Shown here in pieces: positions 38,830 through 49,250 of a stretch of DNA of 64,000 bases. The stretch covers positions 160,001-224,000 of the forward strand of contig CBDCUI010000009.1 of NCBI GenBank assembly GCA_965222615.1. Reading direction: 5' to 3'. A program made the position numbers and the translations under genes. Origin of the DNA: Gammaproteobacteria bacterium (GTDB lineage Bacteria; Pseudomonadota; Gammaproteobacteria; UBA4575). The notes beneath the pieces were generated by a model that was not told the origin of the DNA, searched no databases, and worked only from the letters and a program-made list of their open reading frames with translations. Positions within the stretch are counted from its first letter, which is position 1, and each line of letters starts with the position of its first letter.

Positions 38830-39858
38830 TTATGGTTTACGGAATAACCACCAAAATGTTGATTTTTCCTGGAGTAGCTTTTTGCCTTGACCATTTGACA
38901 GTGGTGCATCGGTATCAGAAGGTGATTTCTTTAGCCCAAATAATTCGCGAATTTTAGACGGCACTCTTTCTAATCCCTGTGGCAAAAACATAATGGCTGC
39001 AATTAATACGGCACCGTATATTGCGGGGCGAATTTCTTCCAAAGCTCGAAATGATTCATCAAGAATGGTTAACGCAATTGCGCCTAAAATTGGACCATAA
39101 AAGGTATTGTAACCACCTACAATCACCCAAATCAGAACAAACACCATTACTCCAATTCCAAATTGATGTGGAGTGACTGTGCCTAGATAATGTACCTTTA
39201 AGGCGCCCGCAATTCCTACAAATATTGATCCTACAATAAATGCCAGCGAACGATAGCGCCACGTATTCACGCCAACTGACTCGGCTAAAGGTGCTTTCCA
39301 GTGTACTGCGTGTAGTGTCAAACCAATTCTAGAATTTTCGACGCGATGTAAAATAATTAAGCAAATTGTCACAACAGCTAGAACTAGATAGTAATAGGGA
39401 ATAGGGTCAACAAATTCAAACTCACCAAGCTTTGGTGGTGGGATATTGCTTAACCCACTGCTGCCACCAAATGGTTTTACAAAAAATATCCAACCCAATC
39501 GAATTGCTTCTCCTGCGGCAAATGACCCAATTAAGAAATAAAACTGGCTCATACGAAATAATGGAAAACAAAGTAGACCGGCCACTAAGCCAGCCATTAC
39601 TCCTGCAAGTGGCATCGTCAGCCAGAAAGACAAGCCAAATTCTTTTGCCAACAGTGCGCTGGTATATGCCCCAACGCCCATCATTACAACGTGGATTAAA
39701 GACCATTCACCAGTAAGTGTTACGATTCTATAACTTACTACGACTAATACATTAATAAGCAAAAAAATGACTAAGTCTTGATGGTGGTATTTTAAAAAGT
39801 GAGGCAGAACAATGAGGCCTAATAAAATGAGTACTATACTAATTGCAGTTTTTAGCAT
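38830..39858 (-). CDS. ABC permease (LivM-like)
   Basis: GVGAYTSA, SRIGLTLHAV, VIVGG..TFYGP; ATG at 39858. Confidence 0.9.
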   Translation of the reverse strand: MLKTAISIVLILLGLIVLPHFLKYHHQDLVIFLLINVLVVVSYRIVTLTGEWSLIHVVMMGVGAYTSALLAKEFGLSFWLTMPLAGVMAGLVAGLLCFPLFRMSQFYFLIGSFAAGEAIRLGWIFFVKPFGGSSGLSNIPPPKLGEFEFVDPIPYYYLVLAVVTICLIILHRVENSRIGLTLHAVHWKAPLAESVGVNTWRYRSLAFIVGSIFVGIAGALKVHYLGTVTPHQFGIGVMVFVLIWVIVGGYNTFYGPILGAIALTILDESFRALEEIRPAIYGAVLIAAIMFLPQGLERVPSKIRELFGLKKSPSDTDAPLSNGQGKKLLQEKSTFWWLFRKP

Positions 39859-39860
39859 TT

Positions 39861-40730
39861 TTATTCGCTCACTTTCATGCCCATGATACCCGTAGGCTTG
39901 ACGATTAAGACCAACACCATCACTAACAAGCCACAAATTGTTGCAATCGTTCCACTAAAGTAGGCGGTTATAAATGTGTGAAAGATTGCATACAAAACAG
40001 CTGCCAATACAGCTCCAGAAAGACTACCGATACCGCCCACAATGGTAACGATGAAGGCAGTAATAATTACATTATGTCCCATGTGAGGATTAATATTTGT
40101 CAGCGGTGCCATTAAAGCCCCAGCCAGTCCAGCAAGTGCTGTACCGACGCCAATGGCAATCATTGATGTACGATTTATGTTGATACCCTGCAAGGCAGCG
40201 GCCTCTCGATCTAATGCCACTGCACGCAACGACCATCCAAGTTTTGTTCGCGTCAGAAAAAACCACAAAATTATCAGTGCGGATACGGCAACGGCTACGC
40301 TAAAAATCCGCTGTGCAGGAATGCGTAATATGTCGAATATTTCTATAGTTCCAGGAAACGGAGGAGCGACTTGCTTGGACGGACCGGTTCCTCCCACTAC
40401 ATGTGCAAGTACTTGTAAGATAAATAAGACACCAATTGAACAGATCAATCCACCCAGAGGGTCTTCACGTTTTGGGCGAAATAGTAATCGCTCCATTAAA
40501 AGGCCGATAATCGTGACAACAGTAACCGCAAGCACTACGGTAGGTAGGTAAGGGAAATTATTTTGGGCATGCACTAACCAGATAGTGTATGCACCTACCA
40601 TCACGAGCTCTCCATGGGCGAAATTTACAACACCCATAACACCAAAAATCAGTACTAGACCCACTGCCCAAAGGGCAAAGAAGCCGCCTTGTATGAAGCT
40701 GTTAACTATGGATTGAAGAAACAACTCCAT
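39861..40730 (-). CDS. ABC permease (LivH-like)
   Basis: GLVLIFGVMGVVNFAHGE, GWSLRAVALDREAA.LQGI. Confidence 0.92.
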   Translation of the reverse strand: MELFLQSIVNSFIQGGFFALWAVGLVLIFGVMGVVNFAHGELVMVGAYTIWLVHAQNNFPYLPTVVLAVTVVTIIGLLMERLLFRPKREDPLGGLICSIGVLFILQVLAHVVGGTGPSKQVAPPFPGTIEIFDILRIPAQRIFSVAVAVSALIILWFFLTRTKLGWSLRAVALDREAAALQGININRTSMIAIGVGTALAGLAGALMAPLTNINPHMGHNVIITAFIVTIVGGIGSLSGAVLAAVLYAIFHTFITAYFSGTIATICGLLVMVLVLIVKPTGIMGMKVSE

Positions 40731-40778
40731 ATAATTTTCTCTCTTCTACTGACTATAGTTTTTATTCGTAGTTATAAC

Positions 40779-40808
40779 AAAAAAGGGGAGCTATTCACTC
40801 CCCTTTTT
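40779..40808 (-). terminator. Stem-loop/terminator between binding protein and permease genes
   Basis: Minus strand AAAAAGGGGAG-TGAATAG-CTCCCCTTTTTT. Confidence 0.8.
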
Positions 40809-40832
40809 CCAATTAATGCCCTAAGAGCAAGA

Positions 40833-42107
40833 CTATACAGTCCTTAAATCTAAGGCTTGCATGTGTTTTTTCAACACATCACCATGTTTTTCTAACCAGC
40901 CATGAACACTTCTAAATTCAACGATACGTGCCCGGCCTCCTTGCATCGTCACAACTGGCCAATTACCAACAACGGCATTATCTAGCCCCCACAGATCTTT
41001 GCCCCACCAATGACCCGGGCCAAAGGTATGCGAAGGTGTGGGATTTGCTTTTAATGCCTCAAGCACATCCATAGGCTCGACACTGCCTGCTGCCTGAGCT
41101 GCATCAGCCCAGATCTGTAAAATGTTTGGGTATTCCCATGCAACTGCAGACCATTCACCTGAATGATCTTTTTTAAATGCTGCATCAAACACACCCGGAT
41201 TTGGATTTGGAAAATAAACCTGATCATTTGATTCCAGAGCTGGGTCATCAAAGTCAGGAAATTGGAAGATTAGGCCTTCAACAAAATCTTGACTAGTTTT
41301 AGCGATGACTTCTTCATAAAGATCAAAGGTGCAAGAGATGATCTTACCTTTAAAGTTTTGATGATAAAGTTGTTCTACCAATGGAGTAGTATAGACATCA
41401 GTGGCCATGCAAAAGATGTCTGGTTTTTTTGCCAGTAATGAATTTACTATTGGGGCAAAGTCAGCTACGTCAAAACCATGAAAGTTAGTATCTAGTACTT
41501 CAATTCCAGCTACTTCAAACGCTGCTTTGTAGGTAGCTGCTGATTGTTTGCCATATTCAATATCATCAGTGGTTACGATCACTGCTGTTTTGGCATCTGG
41601 AAAGTTTTTTGCTAACCATTCAACTCCGGTCACGTTATATAATGGATGAGACTCACATAAAGCAGTCAAATAAGGCGTGTCAGGAGTGATGTCACTGGGT
41701 AAGAGGGTAGTCGTTAACATTTTCTTCCTAGTACCCCACGGCATGACTGATGCGACGGTTGAACCACCCAGCATCATCACCATCTTGACTTCATCCTCTA
41801 ATACCAGTTTCTTATAACCCTGTATCGCTTTTTCTGTGTCATAACCGTGATCATAAGCGACGACTTCAATTTTATAATTGTCGCCACCAACGTTAATGCC
41901 GCCTTTGCTATTGATACTATTGGCAACAATTTTAGAACCGTATAAACCCGGCAATCCCCACGGTGCATAATCACCTGTCATGGGAATATTCATACCAATT
42001 TTTACAGTTTTTTCACCTGCAAACAGGAGATTTGGTGTAAAGCCTAATGCGCCAGCTGCAGTACCAGCCGTCGTGGCTTTTAAAAAATCCCGACGTGTAA
42101 TATTCAT
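40833..42107 (-). CDS. Tat-exported ABC substrate-binding protein, LivJ/LivK-like family
   Basis: Twin-arginine TRRDFLK, VKIGMNIPMTG.YAPWG, INSKGGI, DFAPIV. Confidence 0.92.
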   Translation of the reverse strand: MNITRRDFLKATTAGTAAGALGFTPNLLFAGEKTVKIGMNIPMTGDYAPWGLPGLYGSKIVANSINSKGGINVGGDNYKIEVVAYDHGYDTEKAIQGYKKLVLEDEVKMVMMLGGSTVASVMPWGTRKKMLTTTLLPSDITPDTPYLTALCESHPLYNVTGVEWLAKNFPDAKTAVIVTTDDIEYGKQSAATYKAAFEVAGIEVLDTNFHGFDVADFAPIVNSLLAKKPDIFCMATDVYTTPLVEQLYHQNFKGKIISCTFDLYEEVIAKTSQDFVEGLIFQFPDFDDPALESNDQVYFPNPNPGVFDAAFKKDHSGEWSAVAWEYPNILQIWADAAQAAGSVEPMDVLEALKANPTPSHTFGPGHWWGKDLWGLDNAVVGNWPVVTMQGGRARIVEFRSVHGWLEKHGDVLKKHMQALDLRTV

Positions 42108-42264
42108 GTTTAACTCCTCCGGCTCACTGTAAGCACTGTGTGTTTAGTCTCTGTAAAGCGAGCCTAATATTCTTATAACTATTTAAATCACAACCTAAAT
42201 AATTGCGTCTGAAACAAGTGCAAATCCGCAAATAGAATAGGCTAAAGACTAAATTTGATTAATG

Positions 42265-42323
42265 ATGATTATCTGCCAACCGATTTGGGTCAATGACTCA
42301 TCCTAAGTAACACTTTAGTGGTA
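42265..42323 (-). promoter_or_regulatory. NarL-like 7-2-7 box plus putative promoter
   Basis: Minus strand TACCACT-AA-AGTGTTA, 14 nt, TTGACC, 17 nt, AATCAT. Confidence 0.6.
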
Positions 42324-42465
42324 GTGCAGTGCAGTAATATATGGCTTTGTTTCAGGCGTTTGTTGCTACTGAATAATGAGCTTTATGCTTGATGATAAGT
42401 TCTTTTTTTGAGGAATTAGAATTATTTGAATAGGCGAATGGTTCTTTAGTTTATTATTAAATATT

Positions 42466-43155
42466 CTATGCTAGCCACAATGTTTTCGGTGTACCACCAT
42501 CGCAGTACAACTTAATTAAGTCAATCAACTGTTTCATGATGGTTTCTATGTATTCACAAGTTGTGTTTTGATTTCCTTGAATAATAAAAAGCACATTTTT
42601 TGTGCCTAAAGTTATTTTTGTTGCATCGGCTTGGCGACATTCCATTCTGCATATAACATTATCTTTACCTTCTATATAACAATATTCTCCTGTATTGATT
42701 TTTTCAGACTTATTTCTACCAAGTGGAACAAATGTTTCTGTTCCATCCGCAAAACGCAATATGATTTGATCATCTATTTTATCAATATCATGCGCTCCTA
42801 AGGATAATTTGCTTTGAATGGAAACACAGTTATAAATATCTACAAGCAAGTTGATAGAGGGTAGTGTGTCTCTTTTAAGAAGAGTTGTGATTAAGCTTTG
42901 TGGAGATGCAATAAGATTGGGGTTTGAGCAGTTTATTTTTTGGTGAAGTATTTCGAACCCCGATAAAATAGGATCTTCGGATAAGAGTTCTTCAGAATAC
43001 TTTTCTTTGTATTCTTTAAATAAATTATTTTTGTGTTTTTCAAACTCGGGATGTGTGCGTTTATTGGTTAAGTTGTTAATGCTAAATACTGCACATTTAA
43101 TGCCCAATGCAATTACTTCAGACGAGATTGTAAATGCTAAAGTTTTCTCATCCAT
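42466..43155 (-). CDS. Stand-alone B3/4 domain protein (PheRS-beta editing-like)
   Basis: LPSINLLVDIYN..S....L.LGAHD.DKI, G.E.F.PLG, GEYCY, CR...RQ...TKI. Confidence 0.85.
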   Translation of the reverse strand: MDEKTLAFTISSEVIALGIKCAVFSINNLTNKRTHPEFEKHKNNLFKEYKEKYSEELLSEDPILSGFEILHQKINCSNPNLIASPQSLITTLLKRDTLPSINLLVDIYNCVSIQSKLSLGAHDIDKIDDQIILRFADGTETFVPLGRNKSEKINTGEYCYIEGKDNVICRMECRQADATKITLGTKNVLFIIQGNQNTTCEYIETIMKQLIDLIKLYCDGGTPKTLWLA

Positions 43156-43237
43156 CTATATATTTAAGGATAAAATTTATTTGCTTTTAATAATTGTTAT
43201 AGGTTAGTAGATGGAGATGCTTATGCATCAAAATTAA

Positions 43238-45289
43238 TTATGAGTTTGAAATTGCCTGAGAAATCAAAACTTCAACGGCGTGCACACTAGTACTTTCTCC
43301 CATATCCGATTTATCTCCAGGATTAAGTACATTGACATTTGCGCGAGTTTGTTGTCGCTTTGGCCAGCGACCTTTATGGCTCAATGCAACACCTCTCAAT
43401 ACCTCATCTGTAACTTTAAGATATAGGGGCAACTGTCCGATTTCATTACTTAATTCAACAAAGTCGCCTTCACGTAGTCCACGGGACCTAGCATCATCTG
43501 GATGCAAAACCACACATGCTGGGCCTTGCTGTTTTTCTATCTTTGGGCCATTGCCAAAGGTATCGTTTATTGACCATGGGGAAGCTGGTGACAATAAACG
43601 CAGACGGTTACTATGCGGGCGTTTATCCGCATGGGGCTCAGGCACTAGTGGCAAACCGTCTTTTTGGGCTTGTTCAGATGCGATTTCAATTTTTCCACTC
43701 GGAGTTTGAAATTGAAGGGTTTCAAACTGGATTATTGGTTTAGGTGAGATATACACGGTTCCTTTTTGGCTTAGTGATGCAAAGGTTTCCCTGAGTCTTG
43801 ATTGTTGTAATAACGTATCAATAATCGATTGGTCACTTTCGTACAACTCATGATTTGTATAGCCCATGGCCTTAGCTAGACGCCGGAAAATTTCTGAGTT
43901 TGACAGAGATTCACCCATAGGCTCGGTGGCTTTGACCTGTGCCGATAGACTCAAATCAAAATAGGAAGCAAACAAGTCATCTGACTCAAGAAAACTGGCA
44001 GCAGGTAATACATAATCGGCATAATCAGTGGTATCTGTCGGAAACACCTCTGCGACAACCGTAAACAGATCTTCTCTTTCTAGTGCTTTGCACAAGCGCG
44101 ACTGTTGTGGATTCGATGCTGCAATATTGTTGTTCCAGCAAAACAGAGCTTGTGCAAGTTCTTTAGTTTCAAGATATTCAGCCAGTTCCATGTGACTGAT
44201 ATCAGGTACTTCATTTTCACAAAGCTGGGAGCCTAGCAGATAGGAATCATCGATATGGCGTTGTCCCAAGCCATTCAAATACAAGAACCCTGCACCAGGC
44301 TTACCAATATTCCCCGTGATGGCTGGTAATAGGGAACAGGCACGCATGGCGTTGCCACCCATTGGTTGGCGCTGAAACCCCTGGCCTAGCCATAATAATG
44401 AAGGCCCGTCTGCATAGAGTTGTGCCGCTTGTACGATGTCGGCAGCGGGGACACCAGTTATCTTTTCTCCCCACTCAGGCGTGATTTTTTCCAGCTGTTG
44501 TTCAAGTTGTTCCCATCCGATGGTATAGGCATGAATAAATTTTTTATCGGTAAGCTCGTCTCGTCTCATCACGTGCATCATGGCAAATGCCAATGCCGCA
44601 TCACTACCAGGGAAAAGCTGTAAATGTAGATCAGCACGAGCAGCTGTTGAAGTGCGAATTGGATCGATGACGATTCGTTTGCCGGGTGACTCCTGCAACC
44701 ACTGTGCATCAATATGCGGAGCTGCAGTTGAGGGATTACCTCCCCATACCATGATGCATTGAGAATCTTTTGAGGTGCGAGGATCGAAGCCTGTCATGGA
44801 TGTGCCGTATACATAATCAAGTGCAATATGGCCTGCCAAATTACAGACAGAATCAGGATTGACTTCCGTAGCACCAAGACGATTGAAAAACCGCATCGGA
44901 AAATGGTAACCAATGGCTGCAAATGTACCCGTGTAATGAGTATTTAGAATTTTGTCTGCGCCACTTTCATTAACAATTTCTTTGAGTCGGTCCGCTATTG
45001 CCGTAATCGCCTCATTCCAGGAGACGGGCTCAAACTTGCCTTTGCCCTTGGCACCGGTACGACGTAATGGCTCTGTCAATCTTGCATTAGGATCCAGCCA
45101 TATACTGTTATAGCCGATTGAACATTTACGGCAAAGCTTGCCTCGACTAACTGGGTGTTGGAGGTCTCCCTTAACCTGTACGATAGCATCATTTTTTTTT
45201 GTAACTACAATACCGCAGGCATCGTAACAGTCACGTGGACATGTGGTTAAGATACTATGTTTGTCTTGCGAAGATGTATTAGCTGTCAT
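43238..45289 (-). CDS. Cytoplasmic molybdopterin oxidoreductase (DMSO reductase superfamily, uncharacterised clade)
   Basis: CPRDCYDAC...C Fe-S motif, RLTEPLRR.G.KG.G.F..VSW.EA, TDT..YADYVLPA, C-terminal HP.DA..RG; no Tat signal. Confidence 0.9.
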   Translation of the reverse strand: MTANTSSQDKHSILTTCPRDCYDACGIVVTKKNDAIVQVKGDLQHPVSRGKLCRKCSIGYNSIWLDPNARLTEPLRRTGAKGKGKFEPVSWNEAITAIADRLKEIVNESGADKILNTHYTGTFAAIGYHFPMRFFNRLGATEVNPDSVCNLAGHIALDYVYGTSMTGFDPRTSKDSQCIMVWGGNPSTAAPHIDAQWLQESPGKRIVIDPIRTSTAARADLHLQLFPGSDAALAFAMMHVMRRDELTDKKFIHAYTIGWEQLEQQLEKITPEWGEKITGVPAADIVQAAQLYADGPSLLWLGQGFQRQPMGGNAMRACSLLPAITGNIGKPGAGFLYLNGLGQRHIDDSYLLGSQLCENEVPDISHMELAEYLETKELAQALFCWNNNIAASNPQQSRLCKALEREDLFTVVAEVFPTDTTDYADYVLPAASFLESDDLFASYFDLSLSAQVKATEPMGESLSNSEIFRRLAKAMGYTNHELYESDQSIIDTLLQQSRLRETFASLSQKGTVYISPKPIIQFETLQFQTPSGKIEIASEQAQKDGLPLVPEPHADKRPHSNRLRLLSPASPWSINDTFGNGPKIEKQQGPACVVLHPDDARSRGLREGDFVELSNEIGQLPLYLKVTDEVLRGVALSHKGRWPKRQQTRANVNVLNPGDKSDMGESTSVHAVEVLISQAISNS

Positions 45290-45304
45290 TTCAGAATCTT
45301 CTAT

Positions 45305-46006
45305 TTACAACTGCAATAATGCAGTGTGTCCAACTGGAGCACCATTAAATTCTATAAAAGCATCTTTTAAACAAGACCACATATAATCTGTAGAAGCGCT
45401 GTCAAATAGAAAGTGAAATGCAGGGATCTTTGCAAAGTCGTTACGAATAATGATGGCGTTCATGCGAGCAACTGAAGTTTGCGCAATAGTGCCGTTAGGG
45501 AATTTATTTATGCGTAGATCTACACCACAAAGCTTGGCAAACATTGCATCTGCATATTGACCGGTAACAAGTAACCAGGCAGATGAATTGAAACGTGGCA
45601 CAGAATAACAATCCCTTGGTTGGTCATGCCGGTATTGTTCCTCTAATGCTTTGCATTGGTCTTGTTCATTAAGTGGATTGTTCAAAACTAATATTTCAGT
45701 GTCTGCAAGTCGTCCAGCCAAGGCGCCATTGTTTTGTTGATAGGCTTGATTATTCTGTTCACCAATATTTAAATTTTGTGTCCTGGCCCAAGCGATTGCT
45801 CCGCGACCTTTGAAGCCTGTTCTAGGCAATGCGCTTAAGTCGATTAAACCTAGTTGTTTTGCTTGGGAGATTTCTTCTTCAATAGTCTTGCCATAATGAT
45901 CAACCAGTGTTGCATCCATATACTTTTTAAACTGTGCGCCCGCTGCTAAAAGCGTTCGATAATGTGGGCTACGTACAAGGTTATCTGTAGGCTGTATTGT
46001 TGGCAT
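45305..46006 (-). CDS. mgdD: N-methylglutamate dehydrogenase subunit D (sarcosine oxidase gamma-like)
   Basis: DLSALPRTGFKG, MFAKLCGVDLR...F..G.IAQTSVAR. Confidence 0.82.
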   Translation of the reverse strand: MPTIQPTDNLVRSPHYRTLLAAGAQFKKYMDATLVDHYGKTIEEEISQAKQLGLIDLSALPRTGFKGRGAIAWARTQNLNIGEQNNQAYQQNNGALAGRLADTEILVLNNPLNEQDQCKALEEQYRHDQPRDCYSVPRFNSSAWLLVTGQYADAMFAKLCGVDLRINKFPNGTIAQTSVARMNAIIIRNDFAKIPAFHFLFDSASTDYMWSCLKDAFIEFNGAPVGHTALLQL

Positions 46007-46008
46007 CG

Positions 46009-48939
46009 CTACATCTCTTGGCGTTTATTTTCTGGATCGTAAAATGGCATCTTGACAACATCTGCCTCAATGATGTTGCCGTTAGTGAGCTTAATATTGA
46101 TTTTCATTCCAGATTCTGTATTGGCTTTGGCATAAGCCATGCCTACAATTTTATTCAAAGTAGGGGAGAAGGCGACTGAAGTAATATGCCCTACGATGCT
46201 ATCTCCGTCTAATATCAAATTTGATTCTTTTGGGCATTCGTTTTCGTCGAGTGGCTGAGGAGTTTCGAAACCCACGAGCTTGCGATTTGAAGGATGGTTT
46301 TCAATGACTTGTAGGGAACGTCCGCCAACGAAGAAAGGCTTTTTCCTCGCGATGGCCCAAGCCATATGCGCCTCTTGCGGAGTCGTCATGGCATCGGTGT
46401 CTTGACTTACGATGATATGGCCTTTTTCCAAGCGTAATAATCGCTGCGCCTCAATCCCTACGGGTCGAATATCTTCCTCTTTGCCCGCACCTAGCAGTGC
46501 ATCCCATAAGGCTTCACCTTGCGAAGATGGCACATGAATTTCATAACCAAGTTCGCCCACAAAGCCAACTCGCAACAAACGCGCTGAAATATTGGCAACG
46601 GTTCCGCTACGCAAAGCTAAATAAGGAAATCCTTCTGGTGAAAGATCGATATCGCTACATACTTTCTGCAACACTTCTCTGGAATTGGGTCCAGCAATGT
46701 TGACACCAGCATAGGCAGCGGTGACGTTAGTTACATCGACGTTTAAACGCCATTGCGCATTCCACCACAACATGGTTCGATATACATTTTCGACGCCTCC
46801 GGTGGTTGCCGTAACGTAAAAGTGTTCATCACTAAATCGACACGCAACGCCATCATCGATGATAGTCCCGGCAGGATTGGTCATTAATAAATATCGAGTT
46901 GTGCCTATTTTTTGTTTTACATAGGCAAAGGTATACATTCGATTTAAAAACTCAGCCGCATCTGGGCCTCGAATTTCAAGTCCACCTAGTGTGGATACGT
47001 CAATCAAACCCACGTTGTTACGTATGATTAGGTTTTCTTCACGAATACACTGCTCACGCTTTTGTGCTTGTCCGTAATACGCCGGTCGCCACCACAGTCC
47101 AGCCGTCATCATTTGTGCACCCGCTTCAAGATGGCGGTGATGCATAGCAGTAAAACGTTCTGGTTCAAAGCTACGACCTGCGATAGCGCCTAGTTTTTCT
47201 GCGCGGAAAGGCGGGCGTGCAGTAGTCACTCCAACTTCTGCTACCGTGCGTTGCGTTTCATCGGCAACCAATCGAGCGGTTGCCAACGCGGAGTGACGTC
47301 CTTGGGAAGGACCCATGCCCACCGTAGAATATCGTTTGACTAACTCAAGTTCGGCATACCCATCTTTACATGCGTTGACGATATCGGCAACTTGCAAATC
47401 TTCGTCGAAGTCGACAAATTCTTTGCCATTCGGATGTGAAAAAATGGGCCAAGGATGATTACTACTTATATATGAGTTAGAAATCTTTGTCTGCGGAACT
47501 GCAAGATCTTTTGCACTCAAACCTAAATTTTTACATGCTGCTTGGCCTGCTTGTTTACCTGATTCGATGAGCGTATTAAGTTGATTCACACCATTTACTG
47601 CGCCCGCTAAATGAAAATGATCCGGAAGCTGGGTGATTGAAAATATGGCGGTTTCATCGTCATAAGAAATTTTACCACCTGCTTGTAACGCAAGTTGATA
47701 GGTGGGGGTGAAGCCGACAGAGATACAAAGTAGATCACAATCATAGTGTTGTGACTCACTTGCGCATTTACCCTGCGCAACTATTTTGCGTAGTTCTACC
47801 CCTTTAATGTGTTTTTGATCAGAACTAGACTCGGCTGCATACACGGTATGGCCATTAAGAACAGGTATTCCCGCAGCACGAATCTTTTCATGCAACGAAG
47901 ATGCACTAAGTGATTCGCGTAAATCTGCGACGGCAACGACTTGTACACCATTTTCGAATAAGTCGAGTGCGGTGGCATAACCATCGTCATTTGCAGTAAG
48001 GACTACTGCACAGTGACCCGGACGCACACCGTATAAACGTATCAAGCGTTGTGCAGCAGTAGCGAGTAGAATCCCTGGTAGATCATTGTTATGAAACATG
48101 GCCGGTTGTTCCATTTTCCCACTTGCTAGGATCATTTCTTTGGCACGTAATTTATACATACGATTGCCTTGAATCACCGGCAACCAGTTATCTGCAAACC
48201 ATGCATTGCATACTGTATCTGTCATCACTTCGATCTGCGGATGCCTCTCTATCGCTTCTACTAGTTCATTACGTAAAGCAGGTGTCAAAGTTGCATCGGT
48301 ATCAAATCGAGCGTAGTTCAGAGAACCGCCTAAAATCGGTTCTTGCTCAATGAGTAAAACTTCTGCACCTGATTCAGCAGCACTTAGCGCAGCGCAGAGT
48401 CCTGCAGGACCTGCTCCGACTACAGCAACATCACAAAATTTATAGCTTTTATCGTAATAGCCATGTGCAACATTTTGATTGACATGCCCAAGACCCGCAC
48501 GCTTGCGTACAATCGGTTCCCAAAAATTTTGCCAAATTCCTTTGGGTCGAAAAAACGCCTTGTAATAGAATCCTACTGGCAGAAATTTTCGTACTAGGTT
48601 GATTCTGGCCTCTTGATCGTTTTCCAGACTGCCTGTGTAATTTTGTCCAGTCACTTTTAAACCGGGTGTGATCTTGCGGCGATCCGCTGCGACATTGGGC
48701 TCGTTCTCTAACTGCACCAGAGTGTCCGCTTCAAGTCCAGCCATGGACATCACACCACGCGGACGGTGATATTTAAATGAACGTGAAAGCAGCCAAATAT
48801 CGTTGGCCGCAAGCGCGCTGGCAATGGTGTCGCCTGCTAAACCAGTATAGGTCTTACCTTCAAAACTAAAGCTGACCGTTTGCTGGTGATCGACTAATAG
48901 GCCTGCCGAAGCTTGTAAGCGATTAGTTGAAGTTTCCAT
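46009..48939 (-). CDS. mgdC: N-methylglutamate dehydrogenase subunit C (sarcosine oxidase alpha-like)
   Basis: SRSFKYHRPRG, GAGPAG, KRYST.GMGPSQG, GcvT-like DVSTLG...GELGYE...LRLEKG. Confidence 0.85.
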   Translation of the reverse strand: METSTNRLQASAGLLVDHQQTVSFSFEGKTYTGLAGDTIASALAANDIWLLSRSFKYHRPRGVMSMAGLEADTLVQLENEPNVAADRRKITPGLKVTGQNYTGSLENDQEARINLVRKFLPVGFYYKAFFRPKGIWQNFWEPIVRKRAGLGHVNQNVAHGYYDKSYKFCDVAVVGAGPAGLCAALSAAESGAEVLLIEQEPILGGSLNYARFDTDATLTPALRNELVEAIERHPQIEVMTDTVCNAWFADNWLPVIQGNRMYKLRAKEMILASGKMEQPAMFHNNDLPGILLATAAQRLIRLYGVRPGHCAVVLTANDDGYATALDLFENGVQVVAVADLRESLSASSLHEKIRAAGIPVLNGHTVYAAESSSDQKHIKGVELRKIVAQGKCASESQHYDCDLLCISVGFTPTYQLALQAGGKISYDDETAIFSITQLPDHFHLAGAVNGVNQLNTLIESGKQAGQAACKNLGLSAKDLAVPQTKISNSYISSNHPWPIFSHPNGKEFVDFDEDLQVADIVNACKDGYAELELVKRYSTVGMGPSQGRHSALATARLVADETQRTVAEVGVTTARPPFRAEKLGAIAGRSFEPERFTAMHHRHLEAGAQMMTAGLWWRPAYYGQAQKREQCIREENLIIRNNVGLIDVSTLGGLEIRGPDAAEFLNRMYTFAYVKQKIGTTRYLLMTNPAGTIIDDGVACRFSDEHFYVTATTGGVENVYRTMLWWNAQWRLNVDVTNVTAAYAGVNIAGPNSREVLQKVCSDIDLSPEGFPYLALRSGTVANISARLLRVGFVGELGYEIHVPSSQGEALWDALLGAGKEEDIRPVGIEAQRLLRLEKGHIIVSQDTDAMTTPQEAHMAWAIARKKPFFVGGRSLQVIENHPSNRKLVGFETPQPLDENECPKESNLILDGDSIVGHITSVAFSPTLNKIVGMAYAKANTESGMKINIKLTNGNIIEADVVKMPFYDPENKRQEM

Positions 48940-48963
48940 TATAAGTTACTAATTTTTAAACAA

Positions 48964-49239
48964 CTAAAAATCTACACGTTCAGTGAAAATATCGCTGGCG
49001 GGGTAGGTTTTTAAAATTTCATCGGTTACGGTATTGCGTTCGGCAATAAACCAATAAGAAGTAGCGGCATGACACCACCATTCGCACACGACCCCGGCGG
49101 TATTGTTGGACATCCACATATAATTTGCCCATTCTTCATCGCTTACATTTTGTAGATTGGGCATATCGGTCACTTCGCCAAAACAGATGAATTCAGAAAT
49201 ATTACGTGGACCATTTAGGGGGCAGTTCATTATTTTCAT
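48964..49239 (-). CDS. mgdB: N-methylglutamate dehydrogenase subunit B (sarcosine oxidase delta-like)
   Basis: CPLNGPRNISEF, EWWCH...SYWFIAERNTVTDEI. Confidence 0.85.
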   Translation of the reverse strand: MKIMNCPLNGPRNISEFICFGEVTDMPNLQNVSDEEWANYMWMSNNTAGVVCEWWCHAATSYWFIAERNTVTDEILKTYPASDIFTERVDF

Positions 49240-49250
49240 ATTTGTTCTCT

